Positions 30,601-42,375 of a DNA stretch of 64,000 nucleotides are shown here, one piece after another (position 1 is the first letter of the stretch; the number at the start of each line of letters is the position of its first letter). The DNA comes from Thermoanaerobaculia bacterium. Its GTDB lineage: Bacteria; Acidobacteriota; Thermoanaerobaculia; Gp7-AA8. The stretch covers positions 2,728 through 66,727 of the forward strand of contig JBBRNB010000017.1 of the NCBI GenBank assembly GCA_038230535.1, read 5' to 3'. A program made the position numbers and the translations under genes. The notes under the pieces were generated by a model that saw nothing but the letters and a program-made list of their open reading frames with translations, did not search any database and was not told the origin of the DNA.

Positions 30601-31052
30601 TCCGTGGCCCTTCGCAGCGTGACGTCGTGCATGATTCCGACGAAGTGTGTGACGGTCCCCTCGGAATCGAGCACCGGCGTCACCGTGCTTTCGTCGTAGT
30701 AGACGGTTCCATCCTTGCGGCGATTGACAAACTCCCCGCGCCAGCTCCGTCCGCTCCGGATCGTCTCCCAGAAGTCGCGGAGGAAGGCCTCATCGTGCTC
30801 CCCTGACTTGAGAATGCGAGGTGTCTTCCCGATGGCTTCATCGGCGGTATGACCGGTGGTGGTGGCGAAGGCCGGGTTGACCCAGAGGATCACGCCCTCG
30901 GCATCGGTGATGAGGACGGCGTCGGCGGCCGTTTCGAGGGCGGTACCCTGCAAGGTGAGCTGGCTCACGGCCCTGGTCAGCTCGACGTTCTTCTCCTCGA
31001 GCTTCGCCACCAGCCGCTCGCTGTATTCCTCGGGAATGGTCAATGGTTTCAC
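27636..31052 (-). CDS. Hybrid sensor histidine kinase (multiple PAS, GAF, HisKA, HATPase, two REC domains)
   Basis: It has PAS boxes, a GAF domain, an H-box (HELRTPLN), N/G boxes and two C-terminal receiver domains. A GTG start overlaps the upstream RR stop. Confidence 0.85.
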   Translation of the reverse strand: MKPLTIPEEYSERLVAKLEEKNVELTRAVSQLTLQGTALETAADAVLITDAEGVILWVNPAFATTTGHTADEAIGKTPRILKSGEHDEAFLRDFWETIRSGRSWRGEFVNRRKDGTVYYDESTVTPVLDSEGTVTHFVGIMHDVTLRRATEEALRESEARFREMLDNLELVSIMVDREARLIYCNDYFLRLTGWQRHEVTGSDVFERFFPPEEIGAMRDRFTTKLAEPPDSWHRASEIMTRSGERRLIQWSATLLRSASGEPIGTATIGEDITDRRRAEARLIRETHFSQSLIESSPAFFIAVALDGRVLMMNEALLAALGCSREAVHDVDFVSEFVVPEDQPGARAVLRAVAESMMPATSEQQLRSRDGRILLIEWHGRPVLSAADEAEFVFFVGTDIGERKRAELAVLRQNDYLSALHETALGLINRLDLSDLLRGIANRCAAITESEDVFVMIVDHDRDVLVQATGSGIFADRTAETRRGEGLSGRVWESGQTLSIPDVARWPGRRLNVEIEIHAAFAVPLLSGDEVTGVIGMAHKEPDQPFTLEQIEIVERFAQLASVAIDNARLYGDARREIAERQKVANELRELNVELEDRVEERTRQLASVNRQLELRTEELASANEALLRAGGLKDEFLANMSHELRTPLNAILGMSEVLEEGIHGGLNERQRKSLKTIEESGRHLLDLINDILDLSKIEAGKLEIAIAPVGVKAVCDASVRMVREHAARKGLRLTISIDPGVMTLNADDRRLKQILVNLLSNAVKFTPEGGAVGLDVTCSAEQNLVQFTVWDTGIGIAAGSMDQLFEPFVQLESSYARQFSGTGLGLSLVRRMTALHDGSVEVESVLGQGSRFTVTLPWRRPETAAPIPAAVKLPVRPLPENVPLLALVVEDDPSTAEQVIRYLRTIGFAIVIHDNGRAAVDLARELMPALIVLDVVLDQESGWFILGELKAAADTRQIPVIVVSVVDDEPRGRALGAAGYVVKPITYDRLEAAVRRVVPSLWSLEEAIEPWKSAVILLAEDNTSNIEVMRDFIGSRGYPIVVAGDGFEAVERALEIRPALIFMDIQMPRLDGLEAIRRIRENTAMKKTPIVALTAFAMGGDGEKCLAAGANDYMTKPVSLTSLTEVLQRYLGSRSAQA

Positions 31053-31417
31053 CGGACACGCTCCACGACCTTGGCCAGCACATCCGGAAGGATGCGTGTA
31101 CTGACCGGCTTCACGAGGTAGGCATTGCATCCAGCCGCGAGCGAGTCAGCCATGGAGAACCGTTCCGGATTCGAGGTGATGGCCACGATCGGGATGTCGC
31201 ACGTGGCCGGATCCGCTTTGAGCGTGCGCGCCAGGGTCAATCCATCCATGCCAGGCAGCATCAGGTCCAGGAGAATGAGATCCGGGCGTTCTCTTTTGAT
31301 CCCTGCCAGAACGTCTTCAGCGGAATCCACGTGCTCGACTTCATGACCGGCTGCGCTGAGAACCACAACCGCCAGCTTCTGCTCCACCGGCTGATCCTCG
31401 ACGACAAGGATCTTCAT
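31049..31417 (-). CDS. Single-domain response regulator (CheY-like receiver)
   Basis: Receiver-domain motifs are present (MKILVVEDQ...DLILLDLMLPGMDG...KP). Confidence 0.85.
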   Translation of the reverse strand: MKILVVEDQPVEQKLAVVVLSAAGHEVEHVDSAEDVLAGIKRERPDLILLDLMLPGMDGLTLARTLKADPATCDIPIVAITSNPERFSMADSLAAGCNAYLVKPVSTRILPDVLAKVVERVR

Positions 31418-31815
31418 GACTGACCCCGCTTTCTTTTCAGTTCTGTCTGCGCCAGATATGCGGCGACGATGCCGGGGAGGGTGCGCGTATCGATCGGCTT
31501 GGTGATGTACCCGTCGCAGCCCGCGTCCCGAGCCTTGGTGTCATCACCCTTCATGGCAAAGGCCGTCAGCGCGATGACGATGATTCCGCGCGTCGTTTCA
31601 TCGGCCTTGATCAGCCGGGTCAGGGTCAGGCCGTCCATCCCCGGCAGCGCGATGTCCATCAGGATCAGATCGGGAGGCGTGCTCCTGATGATCTCCTGTG
31701 CCGACTCGGCATCGCTGGCCCTGAGGATCTGGTAACCCTCGAATTCGAGGACATCGGAGACCAGCTTGAGGTTGGTGTTGTTGTCGTCGACGACGAGGAT
31801 GTTTGCTGAGCTCAT
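31414..31815 (-). CDS. Single-domain response regulator (CheY-like receiver)
   Basis: Receiver-domain motifs are present (ILVVDDN...[14 protein letters not shown]...KP). Confidence 0.85.
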   Translation of the reverse strand: MSSANILVVDDNNTNLKLVSDVLEFEGYQILRASDAESAQEIIRSTPPDLILMDIALPGMDGLTLTRLIKADETTRGIIVIALTAFAMKGDDTKARDAGCDGYITKPIDTRTLPGIVAAYLAQTELKRKRGQS

Positions 31816-33667
31816 GCGGTTCTCCCGCCGGCCACGAGTGGCAGGACCACGCGGAACCTGCTCCCTTTTCCGATCTCACTTTCCACATCGATGGTGCCGC
31901 CGTGGAGACCGACGAGGCTCCGCGTGAGCGCCAGACCGAGTCCCGTGCCACCAAGGCGACGCGCTGTCCCGGTCTCCAACTGCTCGAACTCCGTGAACAG
32001 GCGGCCGATGTCCTCCGGGCGGATGCCGATTCCGTCGTCGGACACCACCAGCCGGAAACATCCGTCGCCATGGCGGGCCGCCACGATCGTTACGTGTCCG
32101 CCATCGTCCGTGAACTTCAGTGCATTCGACAGAAGGTTGTAAAGGATCTGCTTGAATCGTTGGCGGTCGAGCATTACGGATTCGAGATCCGGCGCCACCT
32201 CGGCGCTCACCTCGATACGCTTGCTCTCCGCGATTGGCTTCACGCCGGTACAGACCTCGCTGATCACGTCACCGACGAGGAAGTTTTCAACGATCAATTC
32301 GGCCTTCCCGGCCTGGACCTTCATCAGATCGAGCATGTCGTTGATGAGATGCAGCAGGTGGCGTCCGCTGTTGAGGATGTCGCCGAGGTACTCTTTTTGT
32401 TTGTCATTGAGAGGCCCCGGTTTGCCGTCGGAGAGGAACTCGGCGAAACCGATGATGCCGTTCAGCGGTGTTCGCAGCTCGTGGGACATGCTGGCCAGGA
32501 AACGATCCTTGGCCTGATTGGTACGCTCCAGCTCCGCGTTCTTCTCCTGCAGCGTGTGCTCGATACGTTTGCGGCCGGTAATGTCGCGGATCGCGCTCGA
32601 CACCAGCGTCCCTTCCTCCGTTTCGAAGGGACTGAGGCTGATCTCCACCGGGAACTCCGAGCCGTCGCGCCTCAGGCCGTGGAGCTCGAGCCCTTCACCC
32701 ATCGATCGTGCCCGCGGCTCGTTGAAAAAAGCGGTGCGATGGCCGGGGTGAACTTCGCGAAATCGTTCAGGGACCAGAATCTCCACTTTCTTTCCGAGCA
32801 GCTCTTCCCGCGGATACCCGAACAGGCGCTCCGTCTGCGCATTGACGAGGACGATCTCCCCGGCGCGGTTCGCGATGACCATGGCATCGGGCGCTGATTC
32901 CAGAAGCCCTCGGAACTTCTCCTCGGCCCGGCTTCGGCCGCTGGTGTCGCGGATCGCGCTCATCACCAGCATTCCCTCGTCGGTCTGGATGGGACTGAGG
33001 CTGATCTCGACAGGGAACTCGCTCCCATCTTTTCGGAGGCCGTAGAGGTCGAGACCCGCCCCCATCGGACGGGTGCGCGGGTGTGCGAAGTATCCGGAGC
33101 GATGAGCCACGTGGCCGCCGCGGTAGCGGCCGGGGAGGAGCAGCTCTAGCAGCTTCCCGAGCAATTCGCCGCGGTCGTATCCGAAGAGCGCCTCGGCCTG
33201 GCTATTCGCCAATACGACACGCCCCGTCTCGTTGGCCATGATGATGGCGTCGGGGGTCGATTCCAGGAGGTCGCGAAACCTCGATTCCACGAGCTTTGCG
33301 TCGCGCAGAACTTTGAGATGGGTCACGTCCTTCTGCGTCGTGACGATGAGCGCAACGGTCCCCTGTTCGTCGTAGACCGCTTTGTTCGACACCACCGCGT
33401 GGACGAGAGAGCCATCCTTGCACCTGCGGGTCGCCTCAAAGGTGGCGGTGCCTTTCTCGATCGCTTCGCGCCGGAAATGCTGCTCCTGTTCCTGCTGTCC
33501 CGTCGGCCCGATCAGCGAGTCAAGCAACTGCTCGATCGCCTCGGCGCCCGAATAGCCGAAGACATTTTCGGCCTCGCTATTCCAATAAAGCACCTTTCCT
33601 TCGGGCGTGGTGACGATGACCGCGTCGGGAGTTTCACTCAGCAGCATCCGCTCAACAAAGGCTTCTT

Positions 33668-33671
<4 letters not shown>
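31812..33671 (-). CDS. PAS-domain sensor histidine kinase (cytoplasmic, 3-4 PAS + HisKA + HATPase)
   Basis: It has repeated PAS modules, the H-box [18 protein letters not shown] and G boxes. Confidence 0.85.
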
Positions 33672-36157
<2,486 letters not shown>

Positions 36158-36652
36158 TCTCCACCTAAAGCATTCGGAGATTCTCCGGCGGCGACGGAGA
36201 GCTCAGGCGAGGGTCGCAGATCGTCCGTGAAACGAGGACGTTTGCCGGCAATCGTGGGGTTCTGGCAGCCGCTGAATCGTGTCAGGCTACGCTGCGGTTT
36301 TCTCGATGACATTACGCTCCCGTAGGTTCCTGCGGCTCATCAGCGCGTGGCAGAGTGAGCCATTGGGAGCGGGTCGTGATGACCGCAGTCTCCGGTCGAT
36401 TTGCCGGGGCAGGCATGGAGTATGTGATCCGTCGCACGACGGATTGCTGGCTCACGGGTAGCTCCTCTCGTGGCCCCGGTGAAGGAGCGTCGTTTCACTA
36501 GTCGCCCCAGGCGGAAGAGAAATACAGGCGCACACGATCAATACATTACGGTCCCGTATGTTCCTGTTTGGGGAGATGTGTAGATTTGTCTCTCTAAATT
36601 ATTTGAACGCGCTGCGCCCTCGGTGGCGGCGCCGAATCGAGCGACATGATCG

Positions 36653-37363
36653 ATGGCGATTGATGCGGGTGATACGAAGAATCTGATTCTTTCGCGGAGC
36701 TCTCCGCCTTTCGGCACTCCGGCCGAGATGGTCACGTTTCGCGCCGGCGAGGAGATCCTGCTCGCGAATCAGACGACGGCGCATGTCTTCTTCCCGGTCA
36801 CTGTCGTGGCCTCGTTCGTACGCCGGCTTCTCGACGGAAGCACGATCGAAGTAGGGATGGTGGGCTGCGAAGGTGCCATCGGCATCGAGGTGATGCTCGG
36901 TGCCACCGCGCAGCCGAACGACGCGATCGCGCTGGTGGCAGGAACCGCCATGCGCGTTCCAGCGGCCACCGCAGGCAAGGTCTTCGATACGGACCCGGAG
37001 TTTCGACGGCTTGTGCTCCGCTTCGCGAACGCGTTCACTCTTCAGGTGCAGCAGACGGCGGTCTGCAACTGGTTTCACCCTCTCGACCGCCGTCTTGCCC
37101 GATGGCTGCTGAAAATTACAAACAGGGCAACCCCGGACAACCCCAGACCGCTCGAGATCTCCATGACGCAGGAGTTCCTGGCGGGCATGCTCGGGACACG
37201 AATCGCCAGCGTCAACGAAGCTGTATCGACGCTCACGGCAGCCGGCCTGATTCGCCATCGAAGGCATCTGATCGAGGTCATCGATGAAGCCGGCCTCGAA
37301 GCCCAGGCCTGCGAATGCCACGCCACCGTCCGTGCCCTCTACGAGCGCGATCAGGTGATTTGA
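36653..37363 (+). CDS. Crp/Fnr family transcriptional regulator
   Basis: It has a cNMP-binding-like beta-roll and a C-terminal HTH (LGTRIASVNEAVSTLTAAGLI). Confidence 0.8.
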   Translation: MAIDAGDTKNLILSRSSPPFGTPAEMVTFRAGEEILLANQTTAHVFFPVTVVASFVRRLLDGSTIEVGMVGCEGAIGIEVMLGATAQPNDAIALVAGTAMRVPAATAGKVFDTDPEFRRLVLRFANAFTLQVQQTAVCNWFHPLDRRLARWLLKITNRATPDNPRPLEISMTQEFLAGMLGTRIASVNEAVSTLTAAGLIRHRRHLIEVIDEAGLEAQACECHATVRALYERDQVI

Positions 37364-37499
37364 AATCTCAGCCATGTATCCATAGCAATATATTAGTCAA
37401 TATGCCAATCTATCCTGCTAACTCTGCTACACTCCACCCTCCGAACGAAGACGGAGGTTCAACCTGGCCAAACCGAAAGGGCAGCAAACCGCCGAGCCG

Positions 37500-38042
37500 G
37501 TGCCGGAGCCGGACGACAGCGCATCACTTCGCGAGCTTGGGAGCTTCCTCGCGAAGACGATCGCCTTCCGCGGCCTCACCGACAGCGACCTGGCGAAAGT
37601 CGCAGGCGTGAGCCGCAGCAATATCAAGTTTGCCAGGGAGGGCTCCAACATCACGGTACTCACGTTGCTGAAGCTGGCCAGGGCCCTCGAGATCCGTTCG
37701 CTCGACATCATCGGCCTAACGCTGGGCCGCGCACCGGCGGAAGATGACGGCTCTGCCGCCGCCGAAGGGATCGAGGAGGCAACCGCGCACATGCTTGCAG
37801 CCGTGGCCATCCTGCGGAAGCGCTCGATCATCGCCTCGGAAATCAGCCGCGTGCCGCGAGACGAAACGGACAGGAACGCAAGCGCGCTGGTCCGTGACGT
37901 CTTCGCAAACGCGGCCACTCTCGGTCCCGACCGTCTGGCCAGACTCTACGAAGCGCTTCACGGCCTGGTCGATTCCGCGCAGCATGAAGCGCGATCCCCG
38001 AATCGCAAGCGTGTTAGTAAGGGCTCGCAACGGCCAAAATGA
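37500..38042 (+). CDS. XRE-family (Cro/C1-type) helix-turn-helix regulator
   Basis: An HTH is present (LTDSDLAKVAGVSRSNIKFAREG..NITVLTLLKLARAL). It uses a GTG start. Confidence 0.6.
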   Translation: MPEPDDSASLRELGSFLAKTIAFRGLTDSDLAKVAGVSRSNIKFAREGSNITVLTLLKLARALEIRSLDIIGLTLGRAPAEDDGSAAAEGIEEATAHMLAAVAILRKRSIIASEISRVPRDETDRNASALVRDVFANAATLGPDRLARLYEALHGLVDSAQHEARSPNRKRVSKGSQRPK

Positions 38043-38299
38043 GCGAAGAGGTAAAAGTGTCGGCCAGAGAGCTCGCTGTGTGGCTTGGCACGCTCGACGC
38101 CGGAGCGGAGCGGGTAGCGCTTGCGCTGGCCGAGGCTCCCGAGCCCCACTGGCAGGCGATCCCGGCCTCCCTCGGATGGTCATTCGCCGCCGACGCCGTG
38201 CATAACGTGACACGCCTCGCTCGAGCTCCCCTTCGGTTTCGCTCAGGTCCTTGTCTCCTTCTTCCTGGGTCTCAGCGCAGGGAAAGGGTGGGTCGATAG
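38039..38299 (+). CDS. Small hypothetical ORF translationally coupled to the XRE regulator
   Basis: An ATGA overlap joins it to the upstream gene. No motif is recognised. Confidence 0.25.
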   Translation: MSEEVKVSARELAVWLGTLDAGAERVALALAEAPEPHWQAIPASLGWSFAADAVHNVTRLARAPLRFRSGPCLLLPGSQRRERVGR

Positions 38300-38313
38300 G
38301 GGAAGGCGTTTCG

Positions 38314-39213
38314 TCATTGGAAGCCGGTGGTGGCACGGCCACGCATCACCAGAATGATCGTCTCCCACCGCCCGTCCCTGGTTTCAGGGAGGGGATTCCT
38401 CGCCGTCCTGCGCCGCGTGGGTCGACCTGCGCGATCGGCCGGCGAGTCGAGGCGCGGCTTCGGCGGGCTCGGAATGACAGGTTGGTTATTGCCTGCGCGG
38501 ACGTGTGCCTGGTTCTGGCGTGAGCGTGCTGCAGCGGGAACTTGCCGCGATGCGCATGTCAGCTCGCGCACTTCGTTTGACATCTCGCGGGTTGTGTTTC
38601 TCATCGCGCGCTCAGCTCTTGGCAGCTCGCGCTCGGCTCTTGGCAGCTCGCACTCAGCTCTTGGCAGTCCGCGCTCAGCTCTTGTCAGTTCGCGCTCAGC
38701 TCTTGGCAGTTCGTACTCTGCTCTTGGCAGTTCGCGCTCTGCTCTTGGCAGCTCGTACTCTGCTCTTGGCAGTTCGCGCTCTGCTCTTGGCAGCTCGCAC
38801 TCTGCTTTTGGCAGTTCGCGCTCGGCTCTTGGCAGCTCGCACTCTGCTTTTGGCAGCTCGCGCGCTGCCTTTGGCAGTTCGCGCTCTGCTCTTGTCAGTT
38901 CGTACTCTGCTCTTGGCAGCTCGCGCTCTGCTCTTGTCAGTTCGCGCTCTGCTTTTGGCAGCTCGCGCTCTGCTCTTGTCAGTTCGTACTCTGCTCTTGG
39001 CAGCTCGCACTCTGCTTTTGGCAGTTCGCGCGCTGCCTTTGGCAGTTCGCGCTCTGCTCTTGTCAGCTCGCGCTCTGCCTTTGGCAGTTCGCGCGCTGCC
39101 TTTGGCAGTTCGCGCGCTGCCTTTGGCAGTTCGCGCTCTGCTCTTGTCAGTTCGCGCTCGGCTTTTTGATCCTCGCGTGATGCTTTTTGACTCGAGCTCG
39201 CTTCATTTCCCAC
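38314..39213 (-). CDS. Possible heptad-repeat protein (E-R/Y/C-E-L-P/T-K/R-A)x~26 encoded across the 21-bp array; coding status uncertain
   Basis: An ORF stays open through the array on the minus strand, and an AT-rich promoter-like region lies upstream. GC3 of this frame is low for this genome. Confidence 0.3.
   Translation of the reverse strand: MGNEASSSQKASREDQKAERELTRAERELPKAARELPKAARELPKAERELTRAERELPKAARELPKAECELPRAEYELTRAERELPKAERELTRAERELPRAEYELTRAERELPKAARELPKAECELPRAERELPKAECELPRAERELPRAEYELPRAERELPRAEYELPRAERELTRAERGLPRAECELPRAERELPRAERAMRNTTREMSNEVRELTCASRQVPAAARSRQNQAHVRAGNNQPVIPSPPKPRLDSPADRAGRPTRRRTARNPLPETRDGRWETIILVMRGRATTGFQ
38615..39181. repeat. Tandem 21-bp minisatellite, 26 perfect-length units plus 1 degenerate (consensus GCTCTTGGCAGTTCGCGCTCT)
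   Basis: Direct inspection shows every unit is exactly 21 bp. Variation is confined to about 6 positions. Confidence 0.9.
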
Positions 39214-39582
39214 ACCCGCACGAGCAGTCCGACCGCCGCATCCAGGCTATCGGTGCGTCCGTCATCCCGAAGCGCTGCTGTCCCATGCAGTTCTCACGCC
39301 GCGTTGTATGTTGAAGTGCGCCGTTTGAGGTATACATGCGATATACCTATGTATATTTGTGGCAACGCTGTAAACAAATTGTATCCACATGATAAAAACG
39401 CATTACGTCATTGACAACTCCATTTCACGGACCTAACTTGATATTCACCGGTCGTACCCTACGGCAATGTCGACAAGTGCCGAACGCCTGCATGGCTCTC
39501 TAGAACGTCATGCCGGTAACCACGCAAACCGCGAGCGCGTGTCGTGCCCTCGGTGTGCTTTAACGAAAACGAGAGGAACACA

Positions 39583-40185
39583 ATGGAAAATTCTAATGAA
39601 GTGATCAGTCCCACAACGGCGGCCGTTGACGCAACAGAACCGTCCTCACCGACCACAACGTTTTACGACCAGCTCGCGGCGCAACTGAGCGCCGCGGTCG
39701 AACAGACCATCTCGCAGATCCCCGGATACAACGACGACCTGTCAGGCATCCCAAAGACGGCCCGCCGCCTGGTGACACCGCAATTCATCGCCATGACGGT
39801 CGCCGCCACCAAGTCGAGCGAGGAGCTGACCGGTGTCAACCAGATCGACATCAACCAGACACGCGACGACGCTCAGTTCTCGGATGCGTTCCAGCCGCTC
39901 ACCGATCAGCTTCGCGGCTTCGTACGCCGTCTCGATCTGATGATGAAGGTGAAAGACGTGAGAGCCGGGCGTAGTGCCTTGTCGGTCTACCACATCGCCC
40001 GCCGGCTGACGCTGAACAGCAACAACACCAAGCTGGCTGTTCACGTCGCGAACCTGAAGGCCGAGCTGAAGCGCAAACGGACGAAGAAGACAGCTACCAC
40101 CACACCGGCGCCTTCGCCACAGACACCGGCGGCTCCTGCTCCTGCTCCGGACGCTTCGCAGAAGGGAGGTGCGCCGGCCGCCTGA
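39583..40185 (+). CDS. Hypothetical protein with basic P/A/T-rich C-terminal tail (KRKRTKKTATTTPAPSPQTPAAPAPAP)
   Basis: A GAGAGG Shine-Dalgarno precedes the ATG. An AT-rich promoter-like region with TTGACA lies upstream, and a hairpin follows the stop. Confidence 0.55.
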   Translation: MENSNEVISPTTAAVDATEPSSPTTTFYDQLAAQLSAAVEQTISQIPGYNDDLSGIPKTARRLVTPQFIAMTVAATKSSEELTGVNQIDINQTRDDAQFSDAFQPLTDQLRGFVRRLDLMMKVKDVRAGRSALSVYHIARRLTLNSNNTKLAVHVANLKAELKRKRTKKTATTTPAPSPQTPAAPAPAPDASQKGGAPAA

Positions 40186-40205
40186 GAGAACACGCGTAAA
40201 AAACC

Positions 40206-40233
40206 GCACGGCCGCGTTTGCGCGCGGCCGTGC
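40206..40233. terminator. Perfect hairpin GCACGGCCGCG-tttg-CGCGGCCGTGC; T-run on the minus-strand side
   Basis: An 11-bp perfect inverted repeat is flanked by AAAAA on the plus strand (TTTTT on the minus strand). Confidence 0.5.
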
Positions 40234-40333
40234 CCTCGACATCAACCCCCAACCGTTCAAAGTAAAGGAATCAATGTCATGCAAACGATAACGCAAGCAA
40301 CCTGCTCTGTCATCCAGCCGCACATCCAGCGGC

Positions 40334-40537
40334 ATGTGGCGGAGCAGCAAATCGGAGCGTCTGGCGACGGTCTACGCCGTCGTCCGGCCGATCCTCATGG
40401 CCATCGCCACCACCCCGCTGTTTCCTCCGGCCTCGCGCGCCGCGTTACGCATCTTCATCACCACCGTCGATGACGTGACGCCGTCGTTAAAAGCCGGCAA
40501 AGACCTGGCAATCGCGGACCGCGAACCACGAGTGTAA
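40334..40537 (+). CDS. Small hypothetical protein (67 aa) followed by intrinsic terminator
   Basis: It is a hydrophobic, protein-like translation. An alternative overlapping frame (40279-40473) is preceded by an AAAGGA Shine-Dalgarno. Confidence 0.3.
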   Translation: MWRSSKSERLATVYAVVRPILMAIATTPLFPPASRAALRIFITTVDDVTPSLKAGKDLAIADREPRV

Positions 40538-40547
40538 TCGCAGTAAA

Positions 40548-40582
40548 CCGAGGCCGGCTGCAAGCCGGCCTCGGAGTTTTGG
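40548..40582 (+). terminator. Rho-independent terminator CCGAGGCCGGC-tgcaa-GCCGGCCTCGG-AGTTTTGG
   Basis: An 11-bp perfect stem is followed by a U-tract. Confidence 0.65.
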
Positions 40583-40661
40583 GGAGTCAGCGCAAGAGCC
40601 GGCACAGACAGGAGTGTCTGTGCCACATGGGCACTTCTGACATCGGCGGATCTGCTCCGCT

Positions 40662-41843
40662 TCACCCGCTCCGGAGCACCATCGCTGTTCCCGCCGCGGC
40701 GAGCAGTCCACCGCCCAGCACCATCATCGTCATCGGCAATCCTCGGTGCTCGGCGATGGTGCCGGCGATGAGGTTGCCGAAGGGGAGGAAGCCGAAGAAG
40801 CCGAAGGTGTACATGCTGAGGACGCGGCCGCGCATGGCGTCGGGGACGCGCTGCTGGATGGACGTATTGCAGAGAGCGACGCAGACGACCATGGCGCAGC
40901 CACAGATGGCCAGGAGCGGGACGACGATCAGGCGTGAGTGCGTGAATCCAATCGCGCTGAGAGCGAGGCCGAACGCGGTCAGGGAGGCGATGATCATCCG
41001 CGTCATCTTCAACGGCGTCCGCACCGAGAGAGCCAGAGCGCCGGTCAGGGCGCCGATGCCGATGGCGCCCATCAGGATGCCGAGGCCGCGGGCATCATCG
41101 TGTACGTAGAGGATGTGCGCGGCCATCGGCATCAGCGTCATGTACGGAAATCCGAGCAGGCTGACGATGGCCACCAGGGCCAGGAGCAGAAAGAGGGCCC
41201 GGTCACCGCGTACGTAGCGAAAGCCTTCCATGAACCGTGTTCCGATCGCGCCGACGGGCTCCGGCACCTGCCTCCCTTGCAATCGTCCGAGGACGAAGAT
41301 CACCGGGAGGAAGGAGAGCGCGTTCAGGCAGAAGCACCAGAAGCTGCCCCAGGCCTGGAGTGTCAGTCCGGCCAGCAACGGGCCGAGGACGCGCGCAAGG
41401 TTGAACTGGAGCGAGTTCATGGCCACGGCGTTGGAGAGGCGGGCGCGGTCGTCGATGAGATCGATGATCATGGCCTGGTAGGCGGGGGCGGAGAAGGAGA
41501 TGGCCACACCGCTGACGACCGAGGCGGCCACGATCTGCCAGACGGTGATGTGGCCGGTGTAGATGGAGATGGCGATGAACATCGCCGACAGCGCCTGCAT
41601 GCATTGCGAGATGCGAAAGGTGCGCAGCCGGTCGAGGTGATCGGCCAGCACACCCGCGGGAAGCATCAGGATGACCGAGGGGGCGGAGTTGGCGAAGGCG
41701 ACGAATCCGAGCAGGAACGGCGAGCCGGTCAATCGAAAGACGAGCCATCCCTGCGCCAGCCCCTGCATCCACGAGCCGATATTCGAGACGAACTGCGCGA
41801 TCCAGAATCGCCGGTAGTCGCGTTCGCGGAAGGCTTCGAACAT
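40662..41843 (-). CDS. MFS transporter (12 TM)
   Basis: The hydropathy pattern and MFS motifs are present, with the start MFEAFRERDYRRFWIAQFVSN. Confidence 0.85.
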   Translation of the reverse strand: MFEAFRERDYRRFWIAQFVSNIGSWMQGLAQGWLVFRLTGSPFLLGFVAFANSAPSVILMLPAGVLADHLDRLRTFRISQCMQALSAMFIAISIYTGHITVWQIVAASVVSGVAISFSAPAYQAMIIDLIDDRARLSNAVAMNSLQFNLARVLGPLLAGLTLQAWGSFWCFCLNALSFLPVIFVLGRLQGRQVPEPVGAIGTRFMEGFRYVRGDRALFLLLALVAIVSLLGFPYMTLMPMAAHILYVHDDARGLGILMGAIGIGALTGALALSVRTPLKMTRMIIASLTAFGLALSAIGFTHSRLIVVPLLAICGCAMVVCVALCNTSIQQRVPDAMRGRVLSMYTFGFFGFLPFGNLIAGTIAEHRGLPMTMMVLGGGLLAAAGTAMVLRSG

Positions 41844-41849
41844 GGGGTG

Positions 41850-42350
41850 ATTATTGCGCTTCGCGCGTTGTCTGGTACTTTGCGCTTCGCGCGTTGCCTG
41901 GTACTGCGCTTCGCGCGTTGCCTGGTACTGCGCTTCGCGCGTTGCCTGGTACTGCGCTTCGCGCGTTGCCTGGTACTGCGCTTCGCGCGTTGCCTGGTAC
42001 TGCGCTTCGCGCGTTGCCGGGTACTGCGCTTCGCGCGTTGCCGGTTGTCTGCGCTTCGCGCGTTGGGGTGGTGTTGCGGTCCAGCCGGAGTTTCCCGGCT
42101 ATGCGAGGTTCATCCTGCCGGTTGCCAACCCCAACGCACGAAGTGCAGACAACCGACAACCCTAAACGCACGAAGCGCAAACCAACCCGACAACCTCAAC
42201 GCGCGAAGCGCAACCAACCGACAACCGACAACGCGCGAAGCGCAACCAACCGACAACCGACAACGCGCGAAGCGCAACCAACCGACAACCGACAACGCGC
42301 GAAGCGCAACCAACCGACAACCCCAACGCGCGAAGCGCAGCATCAGAAGC
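41850..42350. repeat. Composite palindromic repeat cluster: ~9x24-bp direct repeats (core GCGCTTCGCGCGTTG) then ~5x32-bp repeats carrying the reverse-complement core (CAACGCGCGAAGCGC)
   Basis: Seen in sequence in the divergent intergenic region between the MFS transporter and the GAF-PP2C gene. Confidence 0.9.
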
Positions 42351-42375
42351 GCAGACAACCCGTTACAATCCCACC

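Noticed and set aside
40279-40473. His/Arg-rich 64-aa ORF with AAAGGA Shine-Dalgarno
   Set aside because: The composition looks like an off-frame GC artefact. The overlapping frame 40334-40537 is more protein-like and ends at the terminator. Neither is certain.
41850-42350. Possible CRISPR array (regularly spaced repeats); likewise 47700-48125 and 38615-39181
   Set aside because: Units are directly adjacent, and the inter-core sequence is itself constant, so there are no unique spacers. Units are 18-32 bp. The second arm is the reverse complement of the first. No cas genes are present.
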